Source of the DNA: Candidatus Blackburnbacteria bacterium | GTDB taxonomy: Bacteria > Patescibacteriota > Microgenomatia > UBA8517 > UBA10165 | Assembly: GCA_016183565.1 (NCBI GenBank) | Contig: JACPEJ010000001.1 | Coordinates: 614,479-678,478 of the forward strand | Length of the DNA: 64,000 nucleotides | Direction: 5' to 3' | Part shown: one piece after another, positions 1 through 8,976 of the stretch | Position numbering within the stretch: position 1 is the first letter of the stretch | How the letters are laid out: every line of letters begins with the position of its first letter | Program-made: the position numbers and the translations under genes | The notes under the pieces: model-generated | Seen by the model: the letters and a program-made list of their open reading frames with translations, nothing else | What the model was told of the DNA's origin: nothing | Databases searched by the model: none

Positions 1-1
1 A

Positions 2-130
2 AACTTTAAGCAACAAAACGAAAACACCTTTGTGGTGTTATTTGTAGTACCTCAAAGTTTTATTAAAGGCTTTCTGGCCTATTCAGATAAAATATTTGCT
101 GAGGTTAAGTTGAATGATCTTACCGAATGA
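2..130 (+). CDS. 3' end of an unidentified gene running in from the left edge
   Basis: Frame 2 is open from base 2 to TGA at 128-130 (NFKQQNENTFVVLFVVPQSF...LTE*). Confidence 0.45.
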   Translation, partial: NFKQQNENTFVVLFVVPQSFIKGFLAYSDKIFAEVKLNDLTE

Positions 131-146
131 TTCTTTTGGTGAAGGT

Positions 147-169
147 ATCCTTCGGCAAGCTCAGGACTA
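147..169 (+). repeat. CCTTCGGCAAGCTCAGGAC-type short repeat
   Basis: atccttcggcaagctcaggacta; related copies lie inside gyrA at 52483-52540. Confidence 0.6.
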
Positions 170-292
170 TAGCCTTACGAGGGAGCGAATGTTGGCGGAA
201 GATTTTCTGATCCATCTTAGCCACAAGGATCGAAACTTTATCCTCTCCAATTCACCTCAATCAGAAGATTCTCTTTCTGCTATATTGAGCAT

Positions 293-622
293 ATGGCTTG
301 GAAAGTTTTCTTCTTTCATACACCCAGAGGCGAGTATCCTGTCAAGGAGTTTATTGAAAAGCAGGATAGAAACACGGTTGCAAAAATTAACCTTTCGATA
401 AGATTGTTAATAGATTATGGTCCATTTTTAAAACCACCAGACATTAAAAAGTTACAAAATAAATTATATGAACTTCGCATTCAGGGTAAATCGTCAATAA
501 GAATTTTCTATACAATAGTTGCAGGAGAATATTATTTGCTCCATGTTTTTATGAAGAAAAGTCAGAAAACACCCCCCAAAGAATTAAAAGTGGCACTTGA
601 CAGAATGAAGAAAGTAATATAG
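293..622 (+). CDS. RelE/ParE-family (HigB/Gp49-like) toxin
   Basis: PVKEFI...KKL...LYELRI...RIFY...LLHVFMKKSQKTPPKEL motif set; lies upstream of an HTH gene. Confidence 0.85.
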   Translation: MAWKVFFFHTPRGEYPVKEFIEKQDRNTVAKINLSIRLLIDYGPFLKPPDIKKLQNKLYELRIQGKSSIRIFYTIVAGEYYLLHVFMKKSQKTPPKELKVALDRMKKVI

Positions 623-658
623 CATATGTGCTATAAATATAAAATATAGGAGGGGTAT

Positions 659-940
659 ATGAAAAGACAACATTTAGATTTTGAAGTATGGGAAAAGGAG
701 GCTTTAAAAGATCCTAAACTGAGGGCAGAATATGACAAACTACAGCCACAGTTTGCTATTCTAACAGCAAGGATTGAAAAAAGATTAACTCAAAAAGAGT
801 TAGCCCAAAAGATTGGCACTAAACAATCGGTTATCTCGAGACTTGAGTCTGGCAGAGCTAATCCATCAATTGCTTTCCTTAAAAGATTAGCCCAAGCTTT
901 AAGCTCTCATTTAGAAATTAGATTTACTAATTTTAAATAA
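659..940 (+). CDS. XRE-family HTH antitoxin (HigA-like)
   Basis: LTQKELAQKIGTKQSVISRLESGRANPS cro/C1 HTH; AGGAGG SD; follows the toxin. Confidence 0.85.
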   Translation: MKRQHLDFEVWEKEALKDPKLRAEYDKLQPQFAILTARIEKRLTQKELAQKIGTKQSVISRLESGRANPSIAFLKRLAQALSSHLEIRFTNFK

Positions 941-1100
941 TTCTATTGTACTTTGCTATGCATCTTTTAAGCCAAAAAGATTGTAAGATATCATCCTGCT
1001 CACACTTCGTAAGGCTTGGTGTAAACTAAACCTGACTTGACTTTAGATGCGAATATTGGCATGATGAAAGTGGCGCAACGTAATATTCTCGGCCTGCCTA

Positions 1101-1733
1101 ATGGAAACTTTTTCCACTAAGTATCATATTTTTGGCTTTGGTCACAGGTTGGTTTATTTAATAACCTTCTTTCTCATAACCCCTATAACTCTTGCAACAA
1201 GCTTGTTTGCATTGACAATTGTTTCGCCTAAACCCCAAAAGCCACAACTCACACTTGAAACAAGTTCCCTTCGTTCGCCTAAGTATGGGTCGCGAGTATA
1301 TGCTGCAATTCCCAACCCAATAGGAGAGGTAAGGGGAGCTTTTACAACTGCAGATGCGCGATCCGAAATAATAAAGCAATATTTAGAGAAATATAACTCT
1401 CCTTTGCTACCTTATGCCCAGAATTTAGTTGTTACAGCTGAAAAGTATGGTCTTGATTTTCGCCTTCTTGTTGCTATAGCTCAACAAGAATCAAATCTGT
1501 GTAAAAAAATACCTGAGGATTCTTATAATTGTTGGGGGTGGGGAATACACAGTAAGGGAACCTTGCGCTTCCAAAGCTATCCGGAGGCGATCGAGGAAGT
1601 TGCCCAGGGGCTCAAGGAAGATTATTTTGATAAAGGATATACAACCCCTGAGGATATAATGAAAAAGTACACCCCCTTTTCCCCAGGTACCTGGGCAGCA
1701 GGTATTCAACAGTTCCTAGGAGAGATGGAGTAG
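1101..1733 (+). CDS. Membrane-anchored lysozyme-like/glucosaminidase-domain protein
   Basis: N-terminal TM helix; KYGLDFRLLVAIAQQES and NCWGWG motifs. Confidence 0.7.
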   Translation: METFSTKYHIFGFGHRLVYLITFFLITPITLATSLFALTIVSPKPQKPQLTLETSSLRSPKYGSRVYAAIPNPIGEVRGAFTTADARSEIIKQYLEKYNSPLLPYAQNLVVTAEKYGLDFRLLVAIAQQESNLCKKIPEDSYNCWGWGIHSKGTLRFQSYPEAIEEVAQGLKEDYFDKGYTTPEDIMKKYTPFSPGTWAAGIQQFLGEME

Positions 1734-1842
1734 CGTCATAGCTCTATAGCTTAACTGCTTAATAGTCTTCTAATTTAATCCACCTTATAGTTTTAGCCTA
1801 CCATACAGCAAGTGAGCGATGAAGCTATAAGGCTATAAAGCC
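1731..1842. repeat. Degenerate 8-bp periodic arrays in inverted arrangement
   Basis: tagcgtca tagctcta tagcttaa ctgcttaa ... gcgatgaa gctataag gctataaa gc. Confidence 0.45.
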
Positions 1843-1851
1843 CATAATTAC

Positions 1852-1880
1852 TTGACATTTCGTATTTTATATGGTAGAGT
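1852..1880 (+). promoter_or_regulatory. Sigma70 promoter for the candidate ncRNA
   Basis: TTGACA (1852-1857), 17-bp spacer, TGg-TAGAGT (1875-1880). Confidence 0.6.
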
Positions 1881-1885
1881 ATGTT

Positions 1886-2034
1886 CAGATCCTGAGGTTT
1901 GTAGCGTAAAAACCTACGGACTTCGGGGTTTGGTCTCGCCAGTTCTAAAGACTAGGCGGACCACGGAGGCTAAGACGTAACCCGTCTGAGCCTCCACCAA
2001 GAAGCGCTCCAACATCTTTCGGAGCGCTTTTTTT
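1886..2034 (+). ncRNA. Candidate structured ncRNA of unknown family (three hairpins plus terminator)
   Basis: Stems cctgaggtttgtag/ctacggacttcggg, ggtctcgcc/ggcggacc and ggaggct..agacg/cgtct..agcctcc; no ORF; has its own promoter and terminator. Confidence 0.55.
1999..2034 (+). terminator. Intrinsic terminator
   Basis: aagcgctcc-loop-ggagcgctt followed by a T run. Confidence 0.8.
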
Positions 2035-2080
2035 GCTTATTTCGTACCTAACCAATTTTTGCTTGTTGTCTAACTAAGAT

Positions 2081-2132
2081 CTCCCGAGGTGCCAAGCTAT
2101 TCCACCTCCCAGGTGGAATACCAGGTGGAATA
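2081..2132 (+). repeat. REP family A copy with duplicated right arm
   Basis: ctcccgaggtgccaagctattccacctcccaggtggaata followed by a second ccaggtggaata. Confidence 0.85.
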
Positions 2133-2226
2133 CCAACACTACCTTCTATCTATCGACTTATAGTACTAAATATGGTATAATACCTCAGCCAAAAATTGGC
2201 TAGCACTTTGAGAGGAGAGCGTGTAA

Positions 2227-2607
2227 GTGAAGCTTACCTGGGACGATCTGTTCAGGAGCGTCAATCTGATTGGTTGCGACATCGAAACTAGGGAAGGTGG
2301 TAGGTTCTACCGCGGCCCGATCAGCACCGTCGTACACACGGGCGGGCACGTACAAATCCAGACAGCTTGGCTTGCGAGCAGGCCAGTAAGAGATGGCTGC
2401 TGGGTCGAAGATCGTTCGCAGGCCGATATATTGTGTGGAGGAGCAACTGACTTCATTCAGGGCCCATTTCTCCAAGAACAGGAGGGCTACATCGGGTTTT
2501 CCCTTCCATACATCGGCTCGGCTAAGATCTACCTGCGTGGACCCAGACTGATCCGGCGGATGGTGCCAGTCTTCGCGCTGGAAACCCGCACAGCAGCTGC
2601 GGCCTGA
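2227..2607 (+). CDS. Hypothetical orphan protein, GC-richer than its neighbours
   Basis: GAGGAG SD, upstream TGgTATAAT, downstream terminator. Confidence 0.6.
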   Translation: MKLTWDDLFRSVNLIGCDIETREGGRFYRGPISTVVHTGGHVQIQTAWLASRPVRDGCWVEDRSQADILCGGATDFIQGPFLQEQEGYIGFSLPYIGSAKIYLRGPRLIRRMVPVFALETRTAAAA

Positions 2608-2645
2608 CCCAATCACATCTGAACATCTCTCAAATCCCTGTCCCT

Positions 2646-2693
2646 GAGCCCCAACGGCAACAACAAACCCGTCTGGGGCTCTTTTCTTTTTTT
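2646..2693 (+). terminator. Intrinsic terminator
   Basis: gagcccca...tggggctc followed by ttttcttttttt. Confidence 0.75.
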
Positions 2694-2730
2694 GCTTTGA
2701 AAAACTGGTTCGTGTACAATCTTCTTCTAA

Positions 2731-3825
2731 ATGACAATAGAAAGGCCAAAGTACAAAGAACAGAGAAGCACATTAAATTGGCAACAGGTAGCTCTAATAC
2801 ATGGCCAAGGAATTATGGGGGCTTGTTTGGCAAGAGAACTTACAACCCTGCCTGCCTTAAAAGAGGAACTGTCTTACCTAATCCACAAAACCCCTCTTTC
2901 ATATGAAGAGATAGTTACGTATTACCTCTTTGGCAAAGGTCTTGACTTGCCAACGGTATTAAATAGCCCCTTTGTTCGTTGCTTTGAAACGACTCCCCAA
3001 TGCAAAGAAGACGAACAGCAATTTTTATCAAACCTAAGACATTCTGCAAACAACACTGCTTTGTGGCCAGAACTTACTAAAACTTTTCAAGAATGGGCAG
3101 AAAGAAGGATACCCTACCTTGCCAGAGGACTTAAGCGAAGTATTCTTAGTCATAGGGTTATAGAACCATTGACAGAAGAGGAAGGAAGATGGAAAACAAA
3201 TGAGGGATATAGGTTATGGAGAAAAAATAACCCAGATCAAGTAAGCAAAATACAAAAAGCAGCTTCCCAAAAAGCCGCCGAAGTCGCAAGTGCGCGCGTC
3301 TTTACTCCCCAAGTACGAGATCAAATACAAAAGTGGTTTGATAGAGGGTTAGATTACCAAACAGTAGTAGAACTTTTGAAGGGAATAGGAGTTTATACAA
3401 CTTGCAAAAGCCTCACATACGCTGCGCGAGAGTAACACGACTTGCACTACACTCTTGAAGAAATCAGAGAAAAACAAAGAAGATACCTCAAAGAAGCAGT
3501 AAAAGAGATTTTTCAAATAAGCAGGTCCCGAAAAAAGACCACAGAAATTCTCGAAAAGCTGGGGATAAGCCGAGGAAAAATTCACGATGTTTTAAACCAG
3601 TTGGGATTAAGAGAAAGCGTGGATTGGACAGAGGTTATCGAAGTTGGTGGTATAGCAATAAAACTTGAAGATTTGGCTATCTTATTTATGGCTAGAAAGT
3701 ATTTAACCATTAAAGAAAAATATTTAGCATTCACAACCTACCTTAAAGACGAAGGTATAGATAAAACTATATTTTTCGGATCTTACGAGGGGGTTCGAAA
3801 GAAAATCCTAAAGTCACGATCGTGA
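2731..3825 (+). pseudogene. Hypothetical protein, possibly with multiple HTH repeats, split by one in-frame TAA
   Basis: ORFs 2731-3435 and 3442-3825 are in the same frame: gag TAA cac gac ttg. Confidence 0.5.
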
Positions 3826-3923
3826 TAAAATGGTATAATTAACTGGCAAACCCTATACAAACCTTTCCGTTCGCGAGGTCTATGCGTCCTTGCCTCACGA
3901 TAGCGGTTGTACGGGGTAGGCAC

Positions 3924-4010
3924 GCCAGAGTGCTGAAATTGGCAGACAGGCACGGTTTAGGACCGTGTGCTTTTATAAGCGTGTGGGTTCAACTCCCACC
4001 TCTGGCACCA
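3924..4010 (+). tRNA. tRNA-Leu(TAG)
   Basis: gccagag/ctctggc acceptor stem, cacgg-ttTAGga-ccgtg anticodon arm, long variable arm, GGTTCAACTC T-loop, encoded CCA. Confidence 0.95.
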
Positions 4011-4039
4011 ATATCAAACTTTCCGATGTTTACCTGCGC

Positions 4040-4628
4040 TTACCCGCGAGCGTTTTTTAGGGTGCGAGTCCACCACAACAGTTGGTTGATCATGGCTTCC
4101 GCCTGCTTAGTGAGCGAAGCGAAAAGCTCTTTGACATCCATTTTGCCGAATAACATTGAGAAATATTGCTCGCCAGGAATGTGCACGGCGTTTCTGATCG
4201 GCGCCATTTGAAGCTCGATGGCGTTTAGGCGCAATTGCTCCACCGCGCGCTCCGCCAACACTGCCGTAGCTCACAAAAGCAAGCGGCTTGTTATTCCATT
4301 CTGGATATACCCAATCAAGCGCGTTTTTAAGCACCCCGGATGTTCCATGATTGTATTCGGGCGTGACCATAACAAAAGCGTCACCTTCCTCTATTTTCTT
4401 TGTAAAACGCGCGACCGCTTCGTTTTTATAAGGTTCTTGCTTGAATGAAGGGCTTACGGCTTCATTAAAAAATGGCATATCATAGTCGCGCAAGTCAAGC
4501 ACTTCAACAATTACCCCTCCCTGTTTCTTGATTTCCTCTGCGATCCACAGAGCAGCCTTGTCGCTAAAGCGTCCCTCGCGAGTGCTGCCGGCAATTACTT
4601 TGATATGAAGCTGTGTGTTGTTTGTCAT
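4040..4628 (-). pseudogene. NADPH-dependent FMN reductase, frameshifted
   Basis: GSTREGRFS, TPEYNHG, LKNALDW and SYG..GGAR motifs; the C-terminus (RAVEQLR...) continues in another frame after a (GC)n run at 4244-4250. Confidence 0.8.
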
Positions 4629-4845
4629 AAAATTTGTCATATGCCTTTGCCGAACTTTTTCATCGCTTCGTATAAATCTGTCATATAGAGATATCAGCAT
4701 ATCCTTATCTAGTAATACAAGGCCTATAATACGGAGGCGTTCGTCCTTTTCAGAAATTCTTGCTAAAATAGGTTCAAGCGTGGTTATATAAATACACCAG
4801 CTTTGGCATTTGACACAGGGTAGTGCACATTCTAAACTCAAAGGG

Positions 4846-5004
4846 ATGCCTGAACACATTCACAAAAGTCCTCACAAACAAAGAAAACATTTTACTGTAC
4901 TTTTTCTTCTTGCTCCTGCACTAATTTTCGCATTGGTATTGACCTTTTTGATATCTTTAAGTAGAGAAGAAAGCGCACAGGCTCAGGCAACCAGTGTGAG
5001 GTAA
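4846..5004 (+). CDS. Small single-pass membrane protein
   Basis: TM helix; TTGACA...TAAACT promoter just upstream of the ATG at 4846. Confidence 0.55.
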   Translation: MPEHIHKSPHKQRKHFTVLFLLAPALIFALVLTFLISLSREESAQAQATSVR

Positions 5005-5009
5005 GAACA

Positions 5010-5510
5010 ATGAAACAGTTGATAATACTTTTTGCAATTTTAATAGGAATGATGCTTTTTGTTTATTGGTCATCAAAGCCTGGTAACTTGGAAAATCTGG
5101 TTAGTCGAACAACAACCAGTATTCAAACGACCCAGGGACAAGAGAAAACTGTTAAGATAGGTGATAATAAAATAGTAGTTTCCGTTGCTAAAACGGACGA
5201 GGAACGGCGTGTGGGGCTTTCTGGTCGTGACAGTTTGATAGAAGGCAGCGGAATGCTTTTTGTTTTAGAGCCCAACATTAAACCTTCCTTTTGGATGAAG
5301 GGCGTGAAGTTTCCATTAGATATAATTTGGATTGATGATGGAAAAGTTGTCGAGGTCACGCCGGACATTCAACCTGTTGATGCATCGACCATGGCGATAC
5401 CTACTTATGCACCTACGAAACCTGCTGACTATGCTCTTGAGATTCCGGCAGGGGAAGCAAAGGAAAAGAACATTAAGGCCGGAGACAAGGTAGAACTGCC
5501 CGCCCTCTAA
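5010..5510 (+). CDS. DUF192-domain protein
   Basis: GLSGR..GMLF..FWMK...FPLDIIWI...ALEI.AG motifs. Confidence 0.85.
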   Translation: MKQLIILFAILIGMMLFVYWSSKPGNLENLVSRTTTSIQTTQGQEKTVKIGDNKIVVSVAKTDEERRVGLSGRDSLIEGSGMLFVLEPNIKPSFWMKGVKFPLDIIWIDDGKVVEVTPDIQPVDASTMAIPTYAPTKPADYALEIPAGEAKEKNIKAGDKVELPAL

Positions 5511-5529
5511 TCTCAATATGGCACGCCTC

Positions 5530-5692
5530 AGAGCCCATTTCAAAACCTGCATTCTACTGCAAGTCAGTGGGATTCGGCTGCAAACTGTTTATCGCTCCTT
5601 GAAGTATGCTCTGATGCTACTTCGTCGCGATGCACAGTTTTCGCTCGAACCCACTGCCTTTCGTGAAGAAAGGAGGCTTTGAAATGCGCTCT
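5530..5692. mobile_element. 163-bp palindromic MITE-like element inserted in the 5' end of thpR
   Basis: Terminal IRs agagcccatttcaaaacc / ggctttgaaatgcgctct (16/18 match); nested internal stems cagtggg..cccactg, aaactgt..acagttt and gaagta..tacttc. Confidence 0.75.
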
Positions 5693-6301
5693 ACCGCTTT
5701 TATTGCACTAAGTATACCTCTTGAGACAAAAGAGAAGATTGCAACATTGATAGAGCAACTGAGAAGGAAAAACTATCCTTGTGTTTGGACTGATCCTCAA
5801 CAAACCCATATCACCCTAATGTTTTTGGGTAGAATCTCTCAGGAAAGAGTAAATGATGCTATAAAAGCCATTGCAAAAACGGCTGAAGGTTTTGTGCCTT
5901 TTGAGCTTAAAACAGATTCTATAAATTATTTTCAGAGAGAAAAGAGAACTGGGTACCAGACTTTATTTATTGACGTATTGGACCCTGAACGGAAATTACG
6001 CGAGCTTTACAAAAGCCTTTTTGAAAACATAGCAGATGAAGAGTTCTTTCCTCCTGAGAGATTACATCCGCATATTACAATTGGTAGATTAAAAAAGCTA
6101 AAAAGTAAGCAGGAAGCCCAAAGCACGTTTTCTAGGATTATAGCTGAAGATCAAGAGATTTATAGTTCTTTTGTAGTTGATTCGATCAATATATACGAAA
6201 GTATTTATCAGGAACCCTCAGGTGTGACGAATATAAATCAATCAAAAACCAGATATCGTTTAATCAGGAGTATTCCTTTGGGGAAAAACCGTGAAATTTA
6301 G
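5684..6301 (+). CDS. thpR: RNA 2',3'-cyclic phosphodiesterase (2H phosphoesterase)
   Basis: Two HxT motifs (HITLMFLG, PHITIGR); N-terminal TAFIAL. Confidence 0.85.
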   Translation: MRSTAFIALSIPLETKEKIATLIEQLRRKNYPCVWTDPQQTHITLMFLGRISQERVNDAIKAIAKTAEGFVPFELKTDSINYFQREKRTGYQTLFIDVLDPERKLRELYKSLFENIADEEFFPPERLHPHITIGRLKKLKSKQEAQSTFSRIIAEDQEIYSSFVVDSINIYESIYQEPSGVTNINQSKTRYRLIRSIPLGKNREI

Positions 6302-6878
6302 ACTGAACACTAAGTATTTATTTGGTCCTTTAGTTATGGCCGTGGTAGTTAGTACGACTTTTGTTGGAGGGTATGTATTGGGCGTATGGGACACATCGCA
6401 GATTATGGCAACCAAAGAAAGGAGATTTGTAGAAGATGCTGAGGCTAATCTCTCTCGAAGTCCTACTTCCATCCCTACGATAGGCCGACCAGTGCAAAAG
6501 ACCCCTCAAACTGTTGGTTATTCAGGCCCTGAGCTTTGGGAAGCTGTAAACAGTAGCCGCACTAAACATGGTGTTAATACTCTTTCACAACGAGATATTC
6601 TTTGTACGATAGCTGCAATTCGGCTTTCCGAGATACGACAACTTGGGAAGCTTGATGGACATGATGGTTTTCAGGGAGTTTTTGATAAGTATAAAGGAGA
6701 TCTGGAAATGCCAAGCAATGTTTCAGAATTTTTAATCTCAGGCTATCCCACGCCGGATCAAGCGGTTGATGCTTGGCTTAATACCCTTGGTCACAGAAAG
6801 TTGGTTGCAGGAGGGGAATATGTCTGGGGTTGTATCTATGCTGCTGAGGGTTTCGGAGTTGCTATAACAGGATTCTAA
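6291..6878 (+). CDS. CAP/SCP-domain membrane protein
   Basis: TM helix; VNSSRTKHG, HDGF and WLNTLGH motifs. Confidence 0.7.
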   Translation: MKFRLNTKYLFGPLVMAVVVSTTFVGGYVLGVWDTSQIMATKERRFVEDAEANLSRSPTSIPTIGRPVQKTPQTVGYSGPELWEAVNSSRTKHGVNTLSQRDILCTIAAIRLSEIRQLGKLDGHDGFQGVFDKYKGDLEMPSNVSEFLISGYPTPDQAVDAWLNTLGHRKLVAGGEYVWGCIYAAEGFGVAITGF

Positions 6879-6901
6879 GGTGATACAATTGATATGTTGA
6901 T

Positions 6902-7126
6902 ATGCTTCAAGATGCTGGGCGGGTGATAATAGTCGTAGGAATAGTTCTTATAATACTTGGTAGTCTTTTGTGGTTTTTTGGCAAAATGCCTTTCTTGGGT
7001 AAATTACCCGGGGATATATTTATAAAAAGAGATGGATTTTCTTTTTACGCTCCAATAACTACGACTATTATTATAAGTATATTGTTTTCAATAGTTCTTA
7101 CGATAATCGCTAATCTAAGAAAGTGA
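6902..7126 (+). CDS. DUF2905-family membrane protein
   Basis: LGKLPGDI...FYAPITT motif. Confidence 0.85.
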   Translation: MLQDAGRVIIVVGIVLIILGSLLWFFGKMPFLGKLPGDIFIKRDGFSFYAPITTTIIISILFSIVLTIIANLRK

Positions 7127-7890
7127 CCCGCCGCATACTCATTGTATTGCCATGGCTTTTACTTATTATTCTTGGCATTGCTTTTTTAAGCACTCGGCCT
7201 TTTGTAATTCCTAAAGTTCCTCAAACTCCCAATCTACTGTCTTCTGTGTCACAGACACCAACACCAGGAGAAGAAGATCATTTAGTATCGGTAACGCGGG
7301 TGATTGATGGGGATACTGTGGAAATTCAAGGTGGGGAGAGGGTGCGATATATCGGTGTCGACACACCAGAAAGAGATGAGTGTTTTGGACCAGAGGCAAC
7401 GCAGGCGAACAAGGGTCTTGTGGAGGGGAAAAAAGTTCGGCTAGAAAAAGATGTCCAAGAAAAGGATAAGTACGGAAGAATGCTGACGTATGTTTGGATA
7501 GAAGATGTTATGGTGAACGAAAGGTTAGTCCAAGAAGGATATGCGCAAGTTGCCACTTATCCGCCAAATGTGCGTTATCAAGAAAGGTTTGTTAAGGCAC
7601 AGGAGGAGGCAAGAAAGGGAAATAGAGGGTTGTGGGCACCCAACACTTGTTCAGCATCTTCAACGCCTGGAGAAGTTCGAGCGGCCACTCCCGAGGTGGG
7701 TGTTCAAGTAGAAGGAGTCCGAACAGAATGCGAGATTAAGGGTAATATTAACTCAACGGGCGAAAAGATATACCATATGCCTGGGCAGAGGTATTATGAC
7801 AAAACTCAGATTGAGGAAACTCGTGGCGAGCGCTGGTTTTGTTCGGAGGAGGAAGCAGTCCAAGCAGGTTGGAGGAAATCTAAAGTATAG
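7123..7890 (+). CDS. Thermonuclease (SNase) with C-terminal C-IKGNI...YH.PG domain
   Basis: VIDGDT, RYIGVDTPE, DKYGR and RGLW motifs. Confidence 0.9.
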   Translation: MTRRILIVLPWLLLIILGIAFLSTRPFVIPKVPQTPNLLSSVSQTPTPGEEDHLVSVTRVIDGDTVEIQGGERVRYIGVDTPERDECFGPEATQANKGLVEGKKVRLEKDVQEKDKYGRMLTYVWIEDVMVNERLVQEGYAQVATYPPNVRYQERFVKAQEEARKGNRGLWAPNTCSASSTPGEVRAATPEVGVQVEGVRTECEIKGNINSTGEKIYHMPGQRYYDKTQIEETRGERWFCSEEEAVQAGWRKSKV

Positions 7891-7911
7891 TGTGTTAAAA
7901 TATCGCACTAG

Positions 7912-8976
7912 ATGGACCACAAAGCTTATTTTGCTCCATATGCCTCGAGGGTAAATACATTTCTTCATCAACACCTTGAGAAGAAGATAAACTATGATAA
8001 AGAGATTTCATCCATTTCTTCTGGTGTATGGGAGAAGATTGAAAGCTTTATAATTGGCGGAAAGAGAATAAGAGCTGGGCTGGTTAAGTTGGGGTACGAG
8101 TCTTGCAACAAAAGGGCAACAAATTCACTTCTTCCTGTATCTGCTGCAATTGAGATACTTCATGGGTCAATCCTAATTCATGATGATATTGCTGACCAAG
8201 ATGAGATACGGCATGGTAATCCTACTGTGCACAAGGTTTATGAGGCACATCATAAGAAGAATTATAAAAAGGGTGATTCTGCCCATTATGGCGAGAGTAT
8301 GAGCATTATTGTTGGAGATACCGGGCTTTACGAAGCTCCGTTTTTGATAAGTACCAGCAAATTCCCAGAGGGGTTAAAAATCAAAGCTCTTAATCATTTG
8401 TTTAAATATTTTATTGACACAGCTTACGGTGAGCTTTTGGATATTGATCTTGGATATAGAGCAAAGATTACTGAAAAGGAAATTATGTCAATTTATACGC
8501 TTAAAACAGCTTGGTATACGATTTGTGGTCCTTTGCAGGTTGGTGCAATATTGGCGGGCGCAAATAGCGCACATGTTAAGCGTTTTGAAAATTATGCAAT
8601 TCCTTTGGGTATTGCTTTTCAAATACAGGATGATATTTTAGGAATCTTTGGTGATGAGGGAAAAACCGGAAAATCTGCAGCTTCAGATATAAAAGAAGGG
8701 AAAAACACCTTGCTTTATACCCAAGCTATCAAAAAAGGAGCCCCAAAACAGCAAAGGCGCCTTCAATCTTTATGGGGGGATAGAAACTTGACTGCTTCAG
8801 AAATTGAGGAAGCAAGACAGATAGTAGTTAATTCGGGTTCTCTGAAATATTGCCAAAAAATGGCTGCAAAACTTGCAAAGAGATCCCAGGAGGGGGTGTT
8901 ATCCATCACAAAGAACAAAGAGCTGCAGGAAGTTTATGTTACTCTTGCAGATTTTGTAGTCAACCGCAAACACTAA
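7912..8976 (+). CDS. Polyprenyl (GGPP-type) diphosphate synthase
   Basis: GGKRIR, LIHDDIAD, LKTA, FQIQDD and DIKEGK motifs. Confidence 0.9.
   Translation: MDHKAYFAPYASRVNTFLHQHLEKKINYDKEISSISSGVWEKIESFIIGGKRIRAGLVKLGYESCNKRATNSLLPVSAAIEILHGSILIHDDIADQDEIRHGNPTVHKVYEAHHKKNYKKGDSAHYGESMSIIVGDTGLYEAPFLISTSKFPEGLKIKALNHLFKYFIDTAYGELLDIDLGYRAKITEKEIMSIYTLKTAWYTICGPLQVGAILAGANSAHVKRFENYAIPLGIAFQIQDDILGIFGDEGKTGKSAASDIKEGKNTLLYTQAIKKGAPKQQRRLQSLWGDRNLTASEIEEARQIVVNSGSLKYCQKMAAKLAKRSQEGVLSITKNKELQEVYVTLADFVVNRKH

Noticed and set aside
114-401. 95-aa ORF
   Set aside because: Overlaps the toxin gene and includes a repeat-encoded ILRQAQD peptide; likely spurious
2081-2132. Possible CRISPR array
   Set aside because: Only a partial tandem duplication without spacers; the other copies are dispersed and there are no cas genes
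3882-4211. 109-aa ORF
   Set aside because: Overlies tRNA-Leu and the antisense strand of the FMN reductase
4641-4859. N-terminal extension of the FMN reductase ORF
   Set aside because: Family homology begins near 4628; the extension overlaps a divergent promoter region
5630-5683. Longer thpR start (MHSFRS...)
   Set aside because: Lies within the MITE; the SD supports ATG 5684
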